DNA from: Cereibacter sphaeroides
GTDB taxonomy: Bacteria; Pseudomonadota; Alphaproteobacteria; Rhodobacterales; Rhodobacteraceae
Reading direction: 5' to 3'
Assembly (NCBI GenBank): GCA_003243455.1
Contig: QFQS01000013.1
Span: 2,348-32,347, forward strand
DNA: 30,000 nucleotides
Within the stretch, counting starts at the first letter, position 1. Each line of letters opens with the position of its first letter. Shown one piece after another: positions 14,630 through 23,151 of the stretch. The notes below the pieces were generated by a model. It had not been told where the DNA came from and searched no databases. It saw nothing but the letters and a program-made list of their open reading frames with translations. A program made the position numbers and the translations under genes.

Positions 14630-17600
14630 TTACTGCTGGTTATCGTCTGCGGCGGCTCGTCCGCCAGCGCCCGAAAAGAAGCCCACGATCCCGGCCCGGT
14701 TAACTGCTGCCTGTTCCTCCGGGGTCATGGCTGCGAATAGCTCGCGCCACTGGGGGGAATTTGCCATTTCGCGCTCCGCTTCGTTGACGAAAGTCCGGCC
14801 CGCCGGGGTGAGCTTGCCGGAGCTTTGCGCCGCTGCTGCCTGCATGAGTTTATTAAAATTCGTGCCGGATAGCACATTATCCGCAAGGACCGATCGCGGG
14901 ACACGGTTCGCACGGGCCAGGCCCTGGGCTGCGGACAGTGCGGCGTTACCTGCCGGACCTGCTGCGGCGTATGCTGCGGCATGTTTCCCGATCCACCCAG
15001 CCGCGCCGTAGAGCTTGGACAGCGGACCGCCAGCTCCCGGATCGTCGAAGCGTTTCACGAAGTCATTGATCGCCCCGGTGGTCGTGGTGAAACGTTGTGC
15101 GCGGTCGATACCATTCGCGACGCGGTAGATCTGCATGAAGCGGACGCGCTGCTCTCGCGGTAGGTGCTTCATAACGTTACCCAGAGTGCCGTTAGCCTGC
15201 GCCGTCTTGTACCAGTCCACGAAGCCGGGGACGGCAAAAGTATTGCGCGCGCTACGTGCGCCCAGGGTACGCTCCAGCGCGTTAGCCACTACCTCGCCTT
15301 TGAGGCTCTCCGGGGTGGCCGCCATCAGCTTGTCCCAGTCGCGGGCGCTGCCGCCTTTCTTGCCCAGGTTAAGGATCGCGTTTTGTACTTTCCCGGTGAT
15401 CGAGTCGTTGAGGTTTTTCCCCAGCGTATCGATCGCGATCGTCTCCAGGTCCTTACGACGCTTAACGAGCTGTTTCCCCACGTTCCAGTCGTCCGCCGCG
15501 CCGTACTTGGCCGCGATAGCCTCCTGATCCTCGGTTAATCGCGCGTAGAGCTGTTTTAGCGCTGCCTTGTCGGAGTCCACAAACGGACCGGAGCGAGTGT
15601 TAAGCGCCTGGCCTACCTGTCGGCGGAGCTTGTCCAGACGGGCATAAGTCGGCGGCCCCATAGAGTCGTTAACAGGCTGTAGCCAGTCCAGCGCCTTACG
15701 CTCTGCCGCGTCCAGCGTCCCCAGCCCCTCTACGTCCGCCTTGTCCCAGATATGGCGTAACGTGTTGTTTGCGTCCACGGTTTCGTTTTTCGGGATTTTG
15801 GTCGCGATCTGGTTATAAACGTCGTCCGCCTGTTTCCCCAGGTCGTCAATAATGGCACGGGTGCGGGTGCTAAACGCCTGATCGATCGTCTGCGCGTTCA
15901 TGGTCCCCATGCTGTCGATCAGCTCGTCCGCTTTCCCGGCCAGACGCCCGATCCCTTCGAGCTGCTGGGATTCCAGGTTAGAGCCTTTGCGGCTAACTAG
16001 CTGCTGGACCGTCGCGCGGAACTGAGGATCACGCGCATAAGCCGCCGGGGTCAGCGAATCCTCGATCCCCAGTTGCTGGGCGGTGCGCATCAGCTTTTTG
16101 TCCACGTCGGCCATGTTCGCAAGGTCGATCGCGTCCTGGGAGGCCCGGAGGTTCTCGCCGTTCGGCGCGGCCACGTTCTCGTCGCCAGTAAAGCGGAATT
16201 TGCTTTGATCGCGGGCCACGGCGTCCGAAATATTGGCCTCGGTGGCCGCCGGGGTCGGTGCTGCGTCGCCAGCGGCACGAGAAGCCGCTCCAGCCTCCTC
16301 CCATGCGCCCTTAGCCGCATTCCATACCTTGCTTGCTCCGCCGATAAGCGCACGGCCTACGGCCTCGCCAGCGGGCGATAATGCGATGTTGGTCAGCGTC
16401 TCCTCCGGGTCGCCACGGCCAGCCGCGATCGAGCCGGGAACGGCACGAGCCGCCGGAGCTGCCACCCATTTCTCCACGCCATCGGCGACGCGGGTCAAAA
16501 CGCTGGCGACTTCGGGGCTTGCGCGCTCTGCGAGGCCCATCAGCTCCGTAGCTGCTTTGGCCTTACCTGCGGACGGCAACGGCGCGAGGAGGTCCCCGAT
16601 CAGGGTCCCGATCTGCGCGTATTTGTCGGTAGGCGGTTCGAAGCCGGGGATCCCCACAGGCGTGATAGTTGGCGCTTGCGTGTCCTGGTCAACGATACCC
16701 AGCGACTTACCCGCATCCGTGGCCGCGTTGGAAACCATATTGACCAGCGAGATCGGCGTGTTGAGGAGGTCGATCCCGGTCTGGACGATACCGCGCCCGC
16801 CCTGGTCGAGAGCGTGGAGCGCGGTCTGGCCTAGCTGTTCCCAGTTTTGGGCGGCTTGCTCGTTGGGATCGACGGATCCAGGGGCCTGTCCGGCTTGATC
16901 AGCGCTGCCCGGCTCTCCGTTACCGTTCGGCGCTGCCGCCCCTCGTGCGACATTAGATCCCGCTTGATTAGGTGCATTGCCAGCGGGGACGGCTGCGACT
17001 TGCTGATCGGCCCATCCGGCTCCGGCGGTTGCGCCATTTTCTCCAGCTCCGGCGGTAAAGGTTCCTGCTTCGTCGAACTGGTCGAAAAAGTTACCAGAAG
17101 ATTTAGAGCCATCCCGGCGGGCGCTGGTTGCGCGCTGAATAGGTTCGCCGCTATCACCAGCCCCTCGACTAGTCCACTCGTTAAAACGTTCATCCACATA
17201 TTGACGCCCCTCCGGGCCGGGGGTTGCCTGGCCCGCCAGTTGTTTGTCTACGTTGCCGGGGCCGTCGTGGTAAGCCTGGAGCGCAAGGCCCCAGTCTCCG
17301 TAACGCTGGTACATCTGGGAGAGGTACTGCGCCCCGGCGTCAGCCTGGAGCGCCGGATCGCTTTTGAGGGCGTTCCAGTCGTAACCCATATCCTCCGCCG
17401 TGCCTTTCATGACCTGCGTTAAACCGTGCGCGCCTTTGCTGGAGACAGCGGACGTAGGATCCGCCGTGCCGCCCGTTTCCTTGCTCGCGAGTGCCGTCAT
17501 GATGCCAGCGGGTAGGCCCCATCGTGCCCCGGCGCTCTCCAGTAAATCAGAATACCCGCCGCCAGACGATCCCGCTTGCGAAGGAATCTGATTAGGGAGC

Positions 17601-17653
17601 GCCGTCGCACTTTTCGGCATGTTCTGATCAAACTGGTCGAAGAAATTCGCCAT
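14630..17653 (-). CDS. Ejection/internal virion protein (P22 gp16 position) fused to an N-terminal SLT lytic transglycosylase domain
   Basis: 1007 aa. The SLT signature LASKETGG...GAHGLTQVM......AQYL...Y..YGDW.LALQAYHDGPGNV lies at aa ~40-135 (nt ~17249-17536). It is followed by an A/G/N/Q-rich linker and a large helical C-terminal part. It is the last gene before the tailspike, as P22 gene 16 is the last ejection gene. Confidence 0.8.
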   Translation of the reverse strand: MANFFDQFDQNMPKSATALPNQIPSQAGSSGGGYSDLLESAGARWGLPAGIMTALASKETGGTADPTSAVSSKGAHGLTQVMKGTAEDMGYDWNALKSDPALQADAGAQYLSQMYQRYGDWGLALQAYHDGPGNVDKQLAGQATPGPEGRQYVDERFNEWTSRGAGDSGEPIQRATSARRDGSKSSGNFFDQFDEAGTFTAGAGENGATAGAGWADQQVAAVPAGNAPNQAGSNVARGAAAPNGNGEPGSADQAGQAPGSVDPNEQAAQNWEQLGQTALHALDQGGRGIVQTGIDLLNTPISLVNMVSNAATDAGKSLGIVDQDTQAPTITPVGIPGFEPPTDKYAQIGTLIGDLLAPLPSAGKAKAATELMGLAERASPEVASVLTRVADGVEKWVAAPAARAVPGSIAAGRGDPEETLTNIALSPAGEAVGRALIGGASKVWNAAKGAWEEAGAASRAAGDAAPTPAATEANISDAVARDQSKFRFTGDENVAAPNGENLRASQDAIDLANMADVDKKLMRTAQQLGIEDSLTPAAYARDPQFRATVQQLVSRKGSNLESQQLEGIGRLAGKADELIDSMGTMNAQTIDQAFSTRTRAIIDDLGKQADDVYNQIATKIPKNETVDANNTLRHIWDKADVEGLGTLDAAERKALDWLQPVNDSMGPPTYARLDKLRRQVGQALNTRSGPFVDSDKAALKQLYARLTEDQEAIAAKYGAADDWNVGKQLVKRRKDLETIAIDTLGKNLNDSITGKVQNAILNLGKKGGSARDWDKLMAATPESLKGEVVANALERTLGARSARNTFAVPGFVDWYKTAQANGTLGNVMKHLPREQRVRFMQIYRVANGIDRAQRFTTTTGAINDFVKRFDDPGAGGPLSKLYGAAGWIGKHAAAYAAAGPAGNAALSAAQGLARANRVPRSVLADNVLSGTNFNKLMQAAAAQSSGKLTPAGRTFVNEAEREMANSPQWRELFAAMTPEEQAAVNRAGIVGFFSGAGGRAAADDNQQ

Positions 17654-18970
17654 TTAAAGCCCCTCCGGTAAAAATCCGAATTTTGCCTTAAATTGCTCTT
17701 TACGGGTAGGGGTAGGCTCCGCATAAAGTGCGTCGATCGCCGCCTGCGCGTTTTGAACGGGCATCCCCCCAGCCGAAAGCTGGCCGACTGCTGCCGTCTT
17801 GTTGTCGTCGATCGCAATGTCGCGCTTGTACGCTTCGACGCGCCCGCCCTGCGACTTCTCGATCGCGTCCTTGCCTTTGCTGAGGGCGTCAACGTAGCGC
17901 TGCATGACGTCTTTAAGCTGCTGCTCGCTCATGGTTTTAGGGTCGGCATTAATCAGCGCCTGAGCTGCGGCGCGGCCCTCCTGCTCGGTTACGGGGCCAG
18001 TACCGCGCAAAGACTGGATCCCGGCGACGCGGGCCTGGTCTTTCATCTGGTTAAACTGGTTCATGATTTCCGCCGTAGCGTCACCGCCACCAGTGGCCGC
18101 ACTCCATGCCCTGTTACCCAGACCATTGATCCCGGTCACGAAGCCCAGATCCTTACGCTGCAAAAGGCGGTTAGCCTGGTCGATCGCGGTATCGATCGGC
18201 GCGAGCGTGGTCTGGTAGGTCTGGAGAAAATCGCGTTTCGTGTTGAGCTGGTCGGCCTGCATCTTGCTTTGTTGCTGGACCAGTTTCGAGCGCTCAATGT
18301 CGTTTTTCTCCTGCGCGATCCGGGTGTTAAGTCGCTCGTTCTGGAGGCCAATATAGCGGAGGTTTCGGTCCGCCGCGTTGCTGGCCGCCGTGAGATCCTG
18401 CCCCCGGATCGTGGTCTGGTTTTTCATCGTCTCTTTGGCGTAGTCCAGTTGGTCCTTGCTGGTATTGCTCGCCAGGTGGAGCGCCTGCACGGAGCGACGG
18501 AAGCCGTCCGGGTCGGTCGCTGCGGCCTGATAGGCTTTCTGCGGGTCGATACCCAGCGCCTTAAGCGCGTCCGCGTTCTGCTGGACAAACTGCTGGGCCT
18601 GCTCCGGCCCCTGCGAGAGAGCGACGTCCGCCTGGCTGGCGAGCTGCGCGCCCTGCTGCTGGCGGATCCCGTCCATCATGCCTAAGCGCTTTTGAAGCGC
18701 CTCGATCTGGTTCGGGTACTTGTACGCCAGCGCCTGCAATTTCGACGGATCACCCTGCGCGGCCTGCCAGTCAGCATTGAATTGCTTCATTTGCTCCTGT
18801 TGCTGCTGGGCGGCCTGCATTGCCATCCCCTGCTGTCGGTTCTGGATCGCCGCTGCGGTGTTCTGCTGGATCTGGCCGTAGTTGTTTAGCGTGTCCTGCG
18901 CGCCCTGCTGAATGATCCCGATATTCTGCGCGAAGGATCCAACGTTGGGATCAGTGCCGAAAATAGCCAT
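17654..18970 (-). CDS. Ejection protein (P22 gp20 position)
   Basis: 438 aa, Gln-rich with coiled-coil character. The assignment rests on synteny (order 26-14-7-20-16). The start is coupled to the upstream stop (TGATG). Confidence 0.6.
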   Translation of the reverse strand: MAIFGTDPNVGSFAQNIGIIQQGAQDTLNNYGQIQQNTAAAIQNRQQGMAMQAAQQQQEQMKQFNADWQAAQGDPSKLQALAYKYPNQIEALQKRLGMMDGIRQQQGAQLASQADVALSQGPEQAQQFVQQNADALKALGIDPQKAYQAAATDPDGFRRSVQALHLASNTSKDQLDYAKETMKNQTTIRGQDLTAASNAADRNLRYIGLQNERLNTRIAQEKNDIERSKLVQQQSKMQADQLNTKRDFLQTYQTTLAPIDTAIDQANRLLQRKDLGFVTGINGLGNRAWSAATGGGDATAEIMNQFNQMKDQARVAGIQSLRGTGPVTEQEGRAAAQALINADPKTMSEQQLKDVMQRYVDALSKGKDAIEKSQGGRVEAYKRDIAIDDNKTAAVGQLSAGGMPVQNAQAAIDALYAEPTPTRKEQFKAKFGFLPEGL

Positions 18971-19632
18971 CAGATAAAGCTCCCGAACATATTACCGAAC
19001 ATGGAGGCCCCGGTGTTCATATCCTGCGCCACGCCCTGGTTAAGCGCGTTCTGGCTGTAGCCTGCCACCTGCCACGGCAAGGCCGCTTTAGCCGCGTTTA
19101 CGTTGCCTTTCTGGCCCTGTAGCGCGTTAAGGGCGTTGGTCCCTTGTGCCGCTGCTGCGGACTGCGCGCCAGCGCCGGACAGGCCCACGTTAGCCAGGCC
19201 CATAAGCTGGTTATACATGTCCTGCTGCTGCGCCGTCATTTGCGCGAGGTAGTTCTGGCCCAGCGTCGGCGCGATGGTGGTCAGGGAGTTGGCCGTGGCC
19301 GCCCCGCCTAAGTTACCCGTAGCCTCTGCGCTGGCAAGGAGCGAGTTACGCGCCTGGCCCTCGGCCATCTTGTACTCGTTGCCGTTGTAATACTGCTGGA
19401 GCGTTTTCTCTCGATCGATCGGCTGGCCCGCCAGCGCGATCAGGTCAGGGAGCGCGCCCGTACCAGCTTCACGGAACGGAGAGAGCCACGCGTCCTGTCG
19501 GTTCATCAAGTCGCGCTGCCAGTCCATTTGTTTGTCGAGGCTCTTTTGCTGCTGCTTCGCCGCCTTATTCGCGCCGATGCCGCCTAAGATACCGCCGACG
19601 GCGTTACCAATTCCGCTAACAATGCCGCCCAT
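18970..19632 (-). CDS. Ejection protein (P22 gp7 position)
   Basis: 220 aa. It has a Gly-rich hydrophobic N-terminus (MGGIVSGIGNAVGGILGGIG) and an A/Q/N-rich remainder. A GAGGAGG RBS is present. The assignment is syntenic. Confidence 0.6.
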   Translation of the reverse strand: MGGIVSGIGNAVGGILGGIGANKAAKQQQKSLDKQMDWQRDLMNRQDAWLSPFREAGTGALPDLIALAGQPIDREKTLQQYYNGNEYKMAEGQARNSLLASAEATGNLGGAATANSLTTIAPTLGQNYLAQMTAQQQDMYNQLMGLANVGLSGAGAQSAAAAQGTNALNALQGQKGNVNAAKAALPWQVAGYSQNALNQGVAQDMNTGASMFGNMFGSFI

Positions 19633-20011
19633 CTGGTGGCCTCCTCATGAAAATCATTTGCACTTTTTGCCCGGTGATCAATTCTACTTGCTGCGGGTCG
19701 CTTTCAACAAATCCAAAGCGGCGCAAACAATTTCGGACGCCCTCGTGACCTGGGAGGATCGGCGCTCGGATCGGTACGCTGCCAAACTTCGCCATAAAGT
19801 CCGCCAGCGCCTCCCTAACGTACTTTCGGAAGCCGGGACGCATTGCCATATGCCCGTCCAGTCCGCCCTCCTCGTTGGCGTTGATGGCGAATATGCCGCA
19901 CTCGCCCCATAGCCAGTAAGTGCATACATCATTTTCCGGCCATTCAGGGACGCCCCACGCGCGCATAAGGGCCGCGCCGTAGTCCTCCGGGACCTGCCTT
20001 AAGCCGATCAC
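19616..20011 (-). CDS. P22 gp14-position head/ejection-accessory protein
   Basis: 131 aa. The GTG start overlaps the upstream TGA (GTGA). It sits between the needle gene and the gp7-like gene, exactly as P22 gene 14 does. Confidence 0.55.
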   Translation of the reverse strand: MIGLRQVPEDYGAALMRAWGVPEWPENDVCTYWLWGECGIFAINANEEGGLDGHMAMRPGFRKYVREALADFMAKFGSVPIRAPILPGHEGVRNCLRRFGFVESDPQQVELITGQKVQMIFMRRPPDGRHC

Positions 20012-20586
20012 GTCCCGGCCATCCCGTGCGACATAACGAGCGCCACCAGCGCCGCGATCACCTGGCGAGCCTCCACCAGACCGTCCGCGAGCGCCTGGAT
20101 CTCTGCTTGCGAGTACGCCGCCCCGGCGGTGTAAGCCGCGCTACCATTGATCGCCCCCTTTTTGAGCGTCCCGGTCGGGGACGTCCAGCCCGTTTGACGG
20201 CCTCCCATTACCTTGATGTTGTTCACGCGGATCTCGGTCCCGATAGAGAGCGGTCCTTCCATCACCTGGAGCGCGTTCTCGTTTAGTTTCACCACGTTAC
20301 TATTAATGGTGATAATGGAGCCGTTAAGGTTGTCGATCTCGCCGTTAATCTGGGAGATCTGGCCCTGCTGGTCGGTCAGCGCGGCGTCCTGCTGGTCGTT
20401 GCGGATCCTTTGCTGCTCTGCGACCTGAAACGCGTCGGAGGCGTCGCTCCCGGCCTGATCTGCGGCGCTGCCTGCGCTGGCAGTAACTCCCCCCAGGCGG
20501 GTAAGCCAGTCTTTGAAAGCGACGGACGTCCCCGGCGGGAGGCTGCTTAGGTTGAGCTGCTGGATAAGGAATTTAGTATCAGCCAT
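20008..20586 (-). CDS. Tail needle (P22 gp26-like trimeric coiled-coil plug)
   Basis: 192 aa. The C-terminal GGRQTGWTSPTGTLKKGAI......YSQAEIQALADGLVEAR....ALV..HGM matches P22 gp26 GARQTGWTAATGTANKGVF...YTQSEIQAIANALITERR...AL.AHGL (from memory). It has a central heptad-like region. Confidence 0.85.
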   Translation of the reverse strand: MADTKFLIQQLNLSSLPPGTSVAFKDWLTRLGGVTASAGSAADQAGSDASDAFQVAEQQRIRNDQQDAALTDQQGQISQINGEIDNLNGSIITINSNVVKLNENALQVMEGPLSIGTEIRVNNIKVMGGRQTGWTSPTGTLKKGAINGSAAYTAGAAYSQAEIQALADGLVEARQVIAALVALVMSHGMAGT

Positions 20587-20596
20587 GAGGCCCCCA

Positions 20597-22057
20597 TTAG
20601 CTTACGCGGACGCGCGCACGGGACAGCGTGGCAGGCGTAGCGCCTACGGTGCGGATCTTGAATCCAATCACGGTCCGGCAACGTCCGACCTTGTGCAAAA
20701 TAACGCGTTTTAGCCACTGCTGCGGCGTGTTGTAGTCGATCAGGATCTCCTGTCCGAATACGCTCCCGTCCTCCGTGGCACTGATCCACATCCGGCTCGT
20801 TACGCTGTCGCCGCCCACGCTGGCGTCGATCTCGAAGTCGCTTAACATCATGCCCGTAAACGGCATCAGCGGCGTATAGAGGACGATCTCCTGGTCTGCC
20901 CCATACTGCGCGCAAGTGGTCATATCAAACGCGCCCAGGACAGCCAGCGTCTTGTCTCCGACCGTTACGCGGTTCCCCTCGTTAACGTAGTCGATCGCGC
21001 GGTGCGGTCCGCTGGCATTTTGTACGCCCGTTTTAATGATCGTCCAGACCGGGAGGCCCTGCGCCTGGCTAACCGGGTGATCGTAGACGAGCGTTTGATC
21101 CGGTAAGTGGACAATAAGCAATTTATGGCTTTCAAAGCTGATCGCCTCCAGTCGCGTTTGTTGGAGCTGGGCCACGGTGTACCCGGCAAGAATCTTTTTA
21201 ACCTGCACGGAGGCCAGATCAGACCAGTCGCCGCCGCCGGGGTTCATCAGCGCGATCGTATACTCACCCACGAAAGGCGACGTAAGAAAGGCGAAACTGT
21301 TCAGGTACTGGCATACGGTTTCACGTCCCAGCGTCCCGGCCTCGACGGTGTAGGATGGCTGATTGGCGTAAACGTTCTGGGCGTCCCCGGTCAGGCCGAA
21401 AAACTCGATCGAGGCGGTCCCGAAGCAAATCACGTAATCGCGCCACGCCCTGATCGCCACGATGCCGTCCGGCATGGACTCCGCACGATAGAACGGCGCG
21501 ATCTTGTCCGGGTGGCTCTCGTCCTCCAGCGAGGAGATCCAGAAAGTGTCCGAATTTTTCACGCTGAAAATGTAGCGCTGGCGGAGGTGGCACACGTCGT
21601 TAATGTCGCCCCAGGTGAATTGAGGGTTGTTAACGCCCGTCCCGGAATCCAGCGGCCAGTTACTAAACGTCTTGCGGGTCCCGTCGTAGCGGTAGAGTAA
21701 GAGCTGGTTTCCGGTCACGACGCCCTGAGAATCGCGGCTATGGGCCATAGGAGTACGATCCTCGCCGTTGACGTCGCCGACCTCCACGCCTGCGTTATAC
21801 AGCTTGCCGCCCATTACCCTATAAGCGGAGTTCGAAACCGTGTTCCAGTCGGAGCCACGGGACAGGCCCGCCACGTCCGCGACTTTCTTAAGCCCCGGCA
21901 TCATGCGCATATAGCCGTTACCGCCCTTAATCTGGCGAGCAATGGCGAGCATGTTCTCCGGTAGCCGGGTGATCCAGTCGAAGTCCGTCCGGCTGCGGCC
22001 ATCACCGAAAACGATCGGCAGGTTAACGACCTGCCCGCGTTGCGCATAAGCTCCCAT
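20597..22057 (-). CDS. Tail hub/gatekeeper protein (P22 gp10-like)
   Basis: 486 aa (P22 gp10 is ~470 aa). It lies between the gp4-like and needle genes. An AAGGGG RBS is present. Confidence 0.7.
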   Translation of the reverse strand: MGAYAQRGQVVNLPIVFGDGRSRTDFDWITRLPENMLAIARQIKGGNGYMRMMPGLKKVADVAGLSRGSDWNTVSNSAYRVMGGKLYNAGVEVGDVNGEDRTPMAHSRDSQGVVTGNQLLLYRYDGTRKTFSNWPLDSGTGVNNPQFTWGDINDVCHLRQRYIFSVKNSDTFWISSLEDESHPDKIAPFYRAESMPDGIVAIRAWRDYVICFGTASIEFFGLTGDAQNVYANQPSYTVEAGTLGRETVCQYLNSFAFLTSPFVGEYTIALMNPGGGDWSDLASVQVKKILAGYTVAQLQQTRLEAISFESHKLLIVHLPDQTLVYDHPVSQAQGLPVWTIIKTGVQNASGPHRAIDYVNEGNRVTVGDKTLAVLGAFDMTTCAQYGADQEIVLYTPLMPFTGMMLSDFEIDASVGGDSVTSRMWISATEDGSVFGQEILIDYNTPQQWLKRVILHKVGRCRTVIGFKIRTVGATPATLSRARVRVS

Positions 22058-22066
22058 GCTCGCCCC

Positions 22067-22522
22067 TTAGTTGGCCGTGTCGTCGTCGTAAAAGCGGCTA
22101 TGCGCCCAGGTCGATTGATTCCCCGCCCCGGTCAGCATGTCGTTACGGCGTTTGAGCGTCGGCACTTCGTAGAATGCCACCTTAATGTCGTCCCATTTCT
22201 CCTTAAGGAGCGCCCGGACGTCTGCGGGGAGTTCCATCTGGTTATCGATCAGCATCCTTTGTGCCATCTTGAGCGCGATCGCCTCCAGCGTCCACAGCTC
22301 CAGACCTGAGTCCTCGTTACCATCGGGGATCCCGTCGGAGTTGGTGGTGAAGATGTACGGAAAATTCAGGTTATCCTTGATACACTCCGCCATAAAAGCC
22401 TCTAAATCAGTCAGCCCGTCAACGACGGACTGCTGATCGGCAATTAGGAGGGTTGCAGTCGAGGACAGGCCCGCACGGCGTAACGCCTGGTTAACGATCC
22501 TGATCTTCTGCAACGTCGCCAT
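22067..22522 (-). CDS. Head-to-tail adaptor (P22 gp4-like)
   Basis: 151 aa. QALRRAGLSSTATLL...QSVVDGLTDLEAFMAEC parallels P22 gp4 AALRKLGVASDATLT...QDAVDDLEAMMAEW (from memory). The junction with the upstream gene is TAATG. Confidence 0.75.
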   Translation of the reverse strand: MATLQKIRIVNQALRRAGLSSTATLLIADQQSVVDGLTDLEAFMAECIKDNLNFPYIFTTNSDGIPDGNEDSGLELWTLEAIALKMAQRMLIDNQMELPADVRALLKEKWDDIKVAFYEVPTLKRRNDMLTGAGNQSTWAHSRFYDDDTAN

Positions 22523-23070
22523 TATTTTTTCCCTTTCGCCTTAGTATCCACTTTCTGGCCGTCTACTTTCTGGCCGTCTTTTTTGCCGTCGTCCGCTTTG
22601 GCGTCGTCCTTCGGCTCGTCTTTCTTCGGCTCCACTTTCACGCCGTCCGGCTGTTCAGAAGCGACGATCGTCTCCCCTTCGGTGTGGACCTGATCGCCCA
22701 CCAGTTTCTCGTCCTCCGGGGTCGGTGCTGCGGCTGCGGGGACGACCTGAGCCTGGCCCTCTGCCACCTGCACGGCGTCCAGTTTAAGGCGTTGCTCCTC
22801 GATCTCCTGCTCCGCCTGGGTGGATTTCTGTTCGCGGCTGGCGCGCTCGGCTTCCTTCTGCTTCGCCTCCTCGATCGCTTCGTCCAGGATGTGGATCTTG
22901 TTCGGGTGATCCACCCAGAGGCCGGACTCCAGACGCTTTTCGGCTTCCAGCGCCGGGAAAATAGCATAGTGGACGAGGTGCGGACCGCAACGGACGGCAG
23001 TCAGGCGGATCGCTTCGGTGATGATGTTCGGGCGGGTGTAGATCATTTGTTCGTAGGACATTGGAGACAC
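22522..23070 (-). CDS. Hypothetical protein with a globular N-domain, a charged helical linker and a Lys-rich repeat tail
   Basis: 182 aa. The C-terminus is ...KKDEPKDDAKADDGKKDGQKVDGQKVDTKAKGKK. A GAGGAG RBS is present. It lies between the coat terminator and the gp4-like gene. Confidence 0.7.
   Translation of the reverse strand: MSPMSYEQMIYTRPNIITEAIRLTAVRCGPHLVHYAIFPALEAEKRLESGLWVDHPNKIHILDEAIEEAKQKEAERASREQKSTQAEQEIEEQRLKLDAVQVAEGQAQVVPAAAAPTPEDEKLVGDQVHTEGETIVASEQPDGVKVEPKKDEPKDDAKADDGKKDGQKVDGQKVDTKAKGKK
22551..22580 (-). repeat. 2 x 15-nt tandem repeat inside the CDS, encoding (GQKVD)x2
   Basis: CTTTCTGGCCGTCTA / CTTTCTGGCCGTCTT on the + strand. Confidence 0.8.
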
Positions 23071-23103
23071 TCCTCTGGTTAGTTAACGGGACAAGTATAA
23101 GCG

Positions 23104-23130
23104 AAAAAAAAGGGGCCACAAAGGCCCCCT
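23104..23130 (-). terminator. Strong intrinsic terminator immediately after the coat gene
   Basis: The minus strand reads GGGGCC-tttgt-GGCCCC followed by T8 (+ strand A8 at 23104-23111), ~20 nt after the coat stop. Confidence 0.8.
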
Positions 23131-23151
23131 TTCTCATATTGCCGCGCCAGC

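Noticed and set aside
17693-18685. 330-aa ORF on the plus strand
   Set aside because: It is antisense to the gp20-position ejection gene. It is a low-complexity Leu/Arg/Val shadow frame.
19616-20011. The 131-aa protein as a novel insertion between the needle and ejection genes
   Set aside because: Its position and size match P22 gene 14, so it is part of the conserved synteny rather than an accessory insertion.
22551-22580. Tandem 15-nt repeat considered as a CRISPR-like or VNTR element
   Set aside because: It has only two copies, is in frame inside a CDS (GQKVD x2) and has no spacers. I kept it only as a coding micro-repeat.
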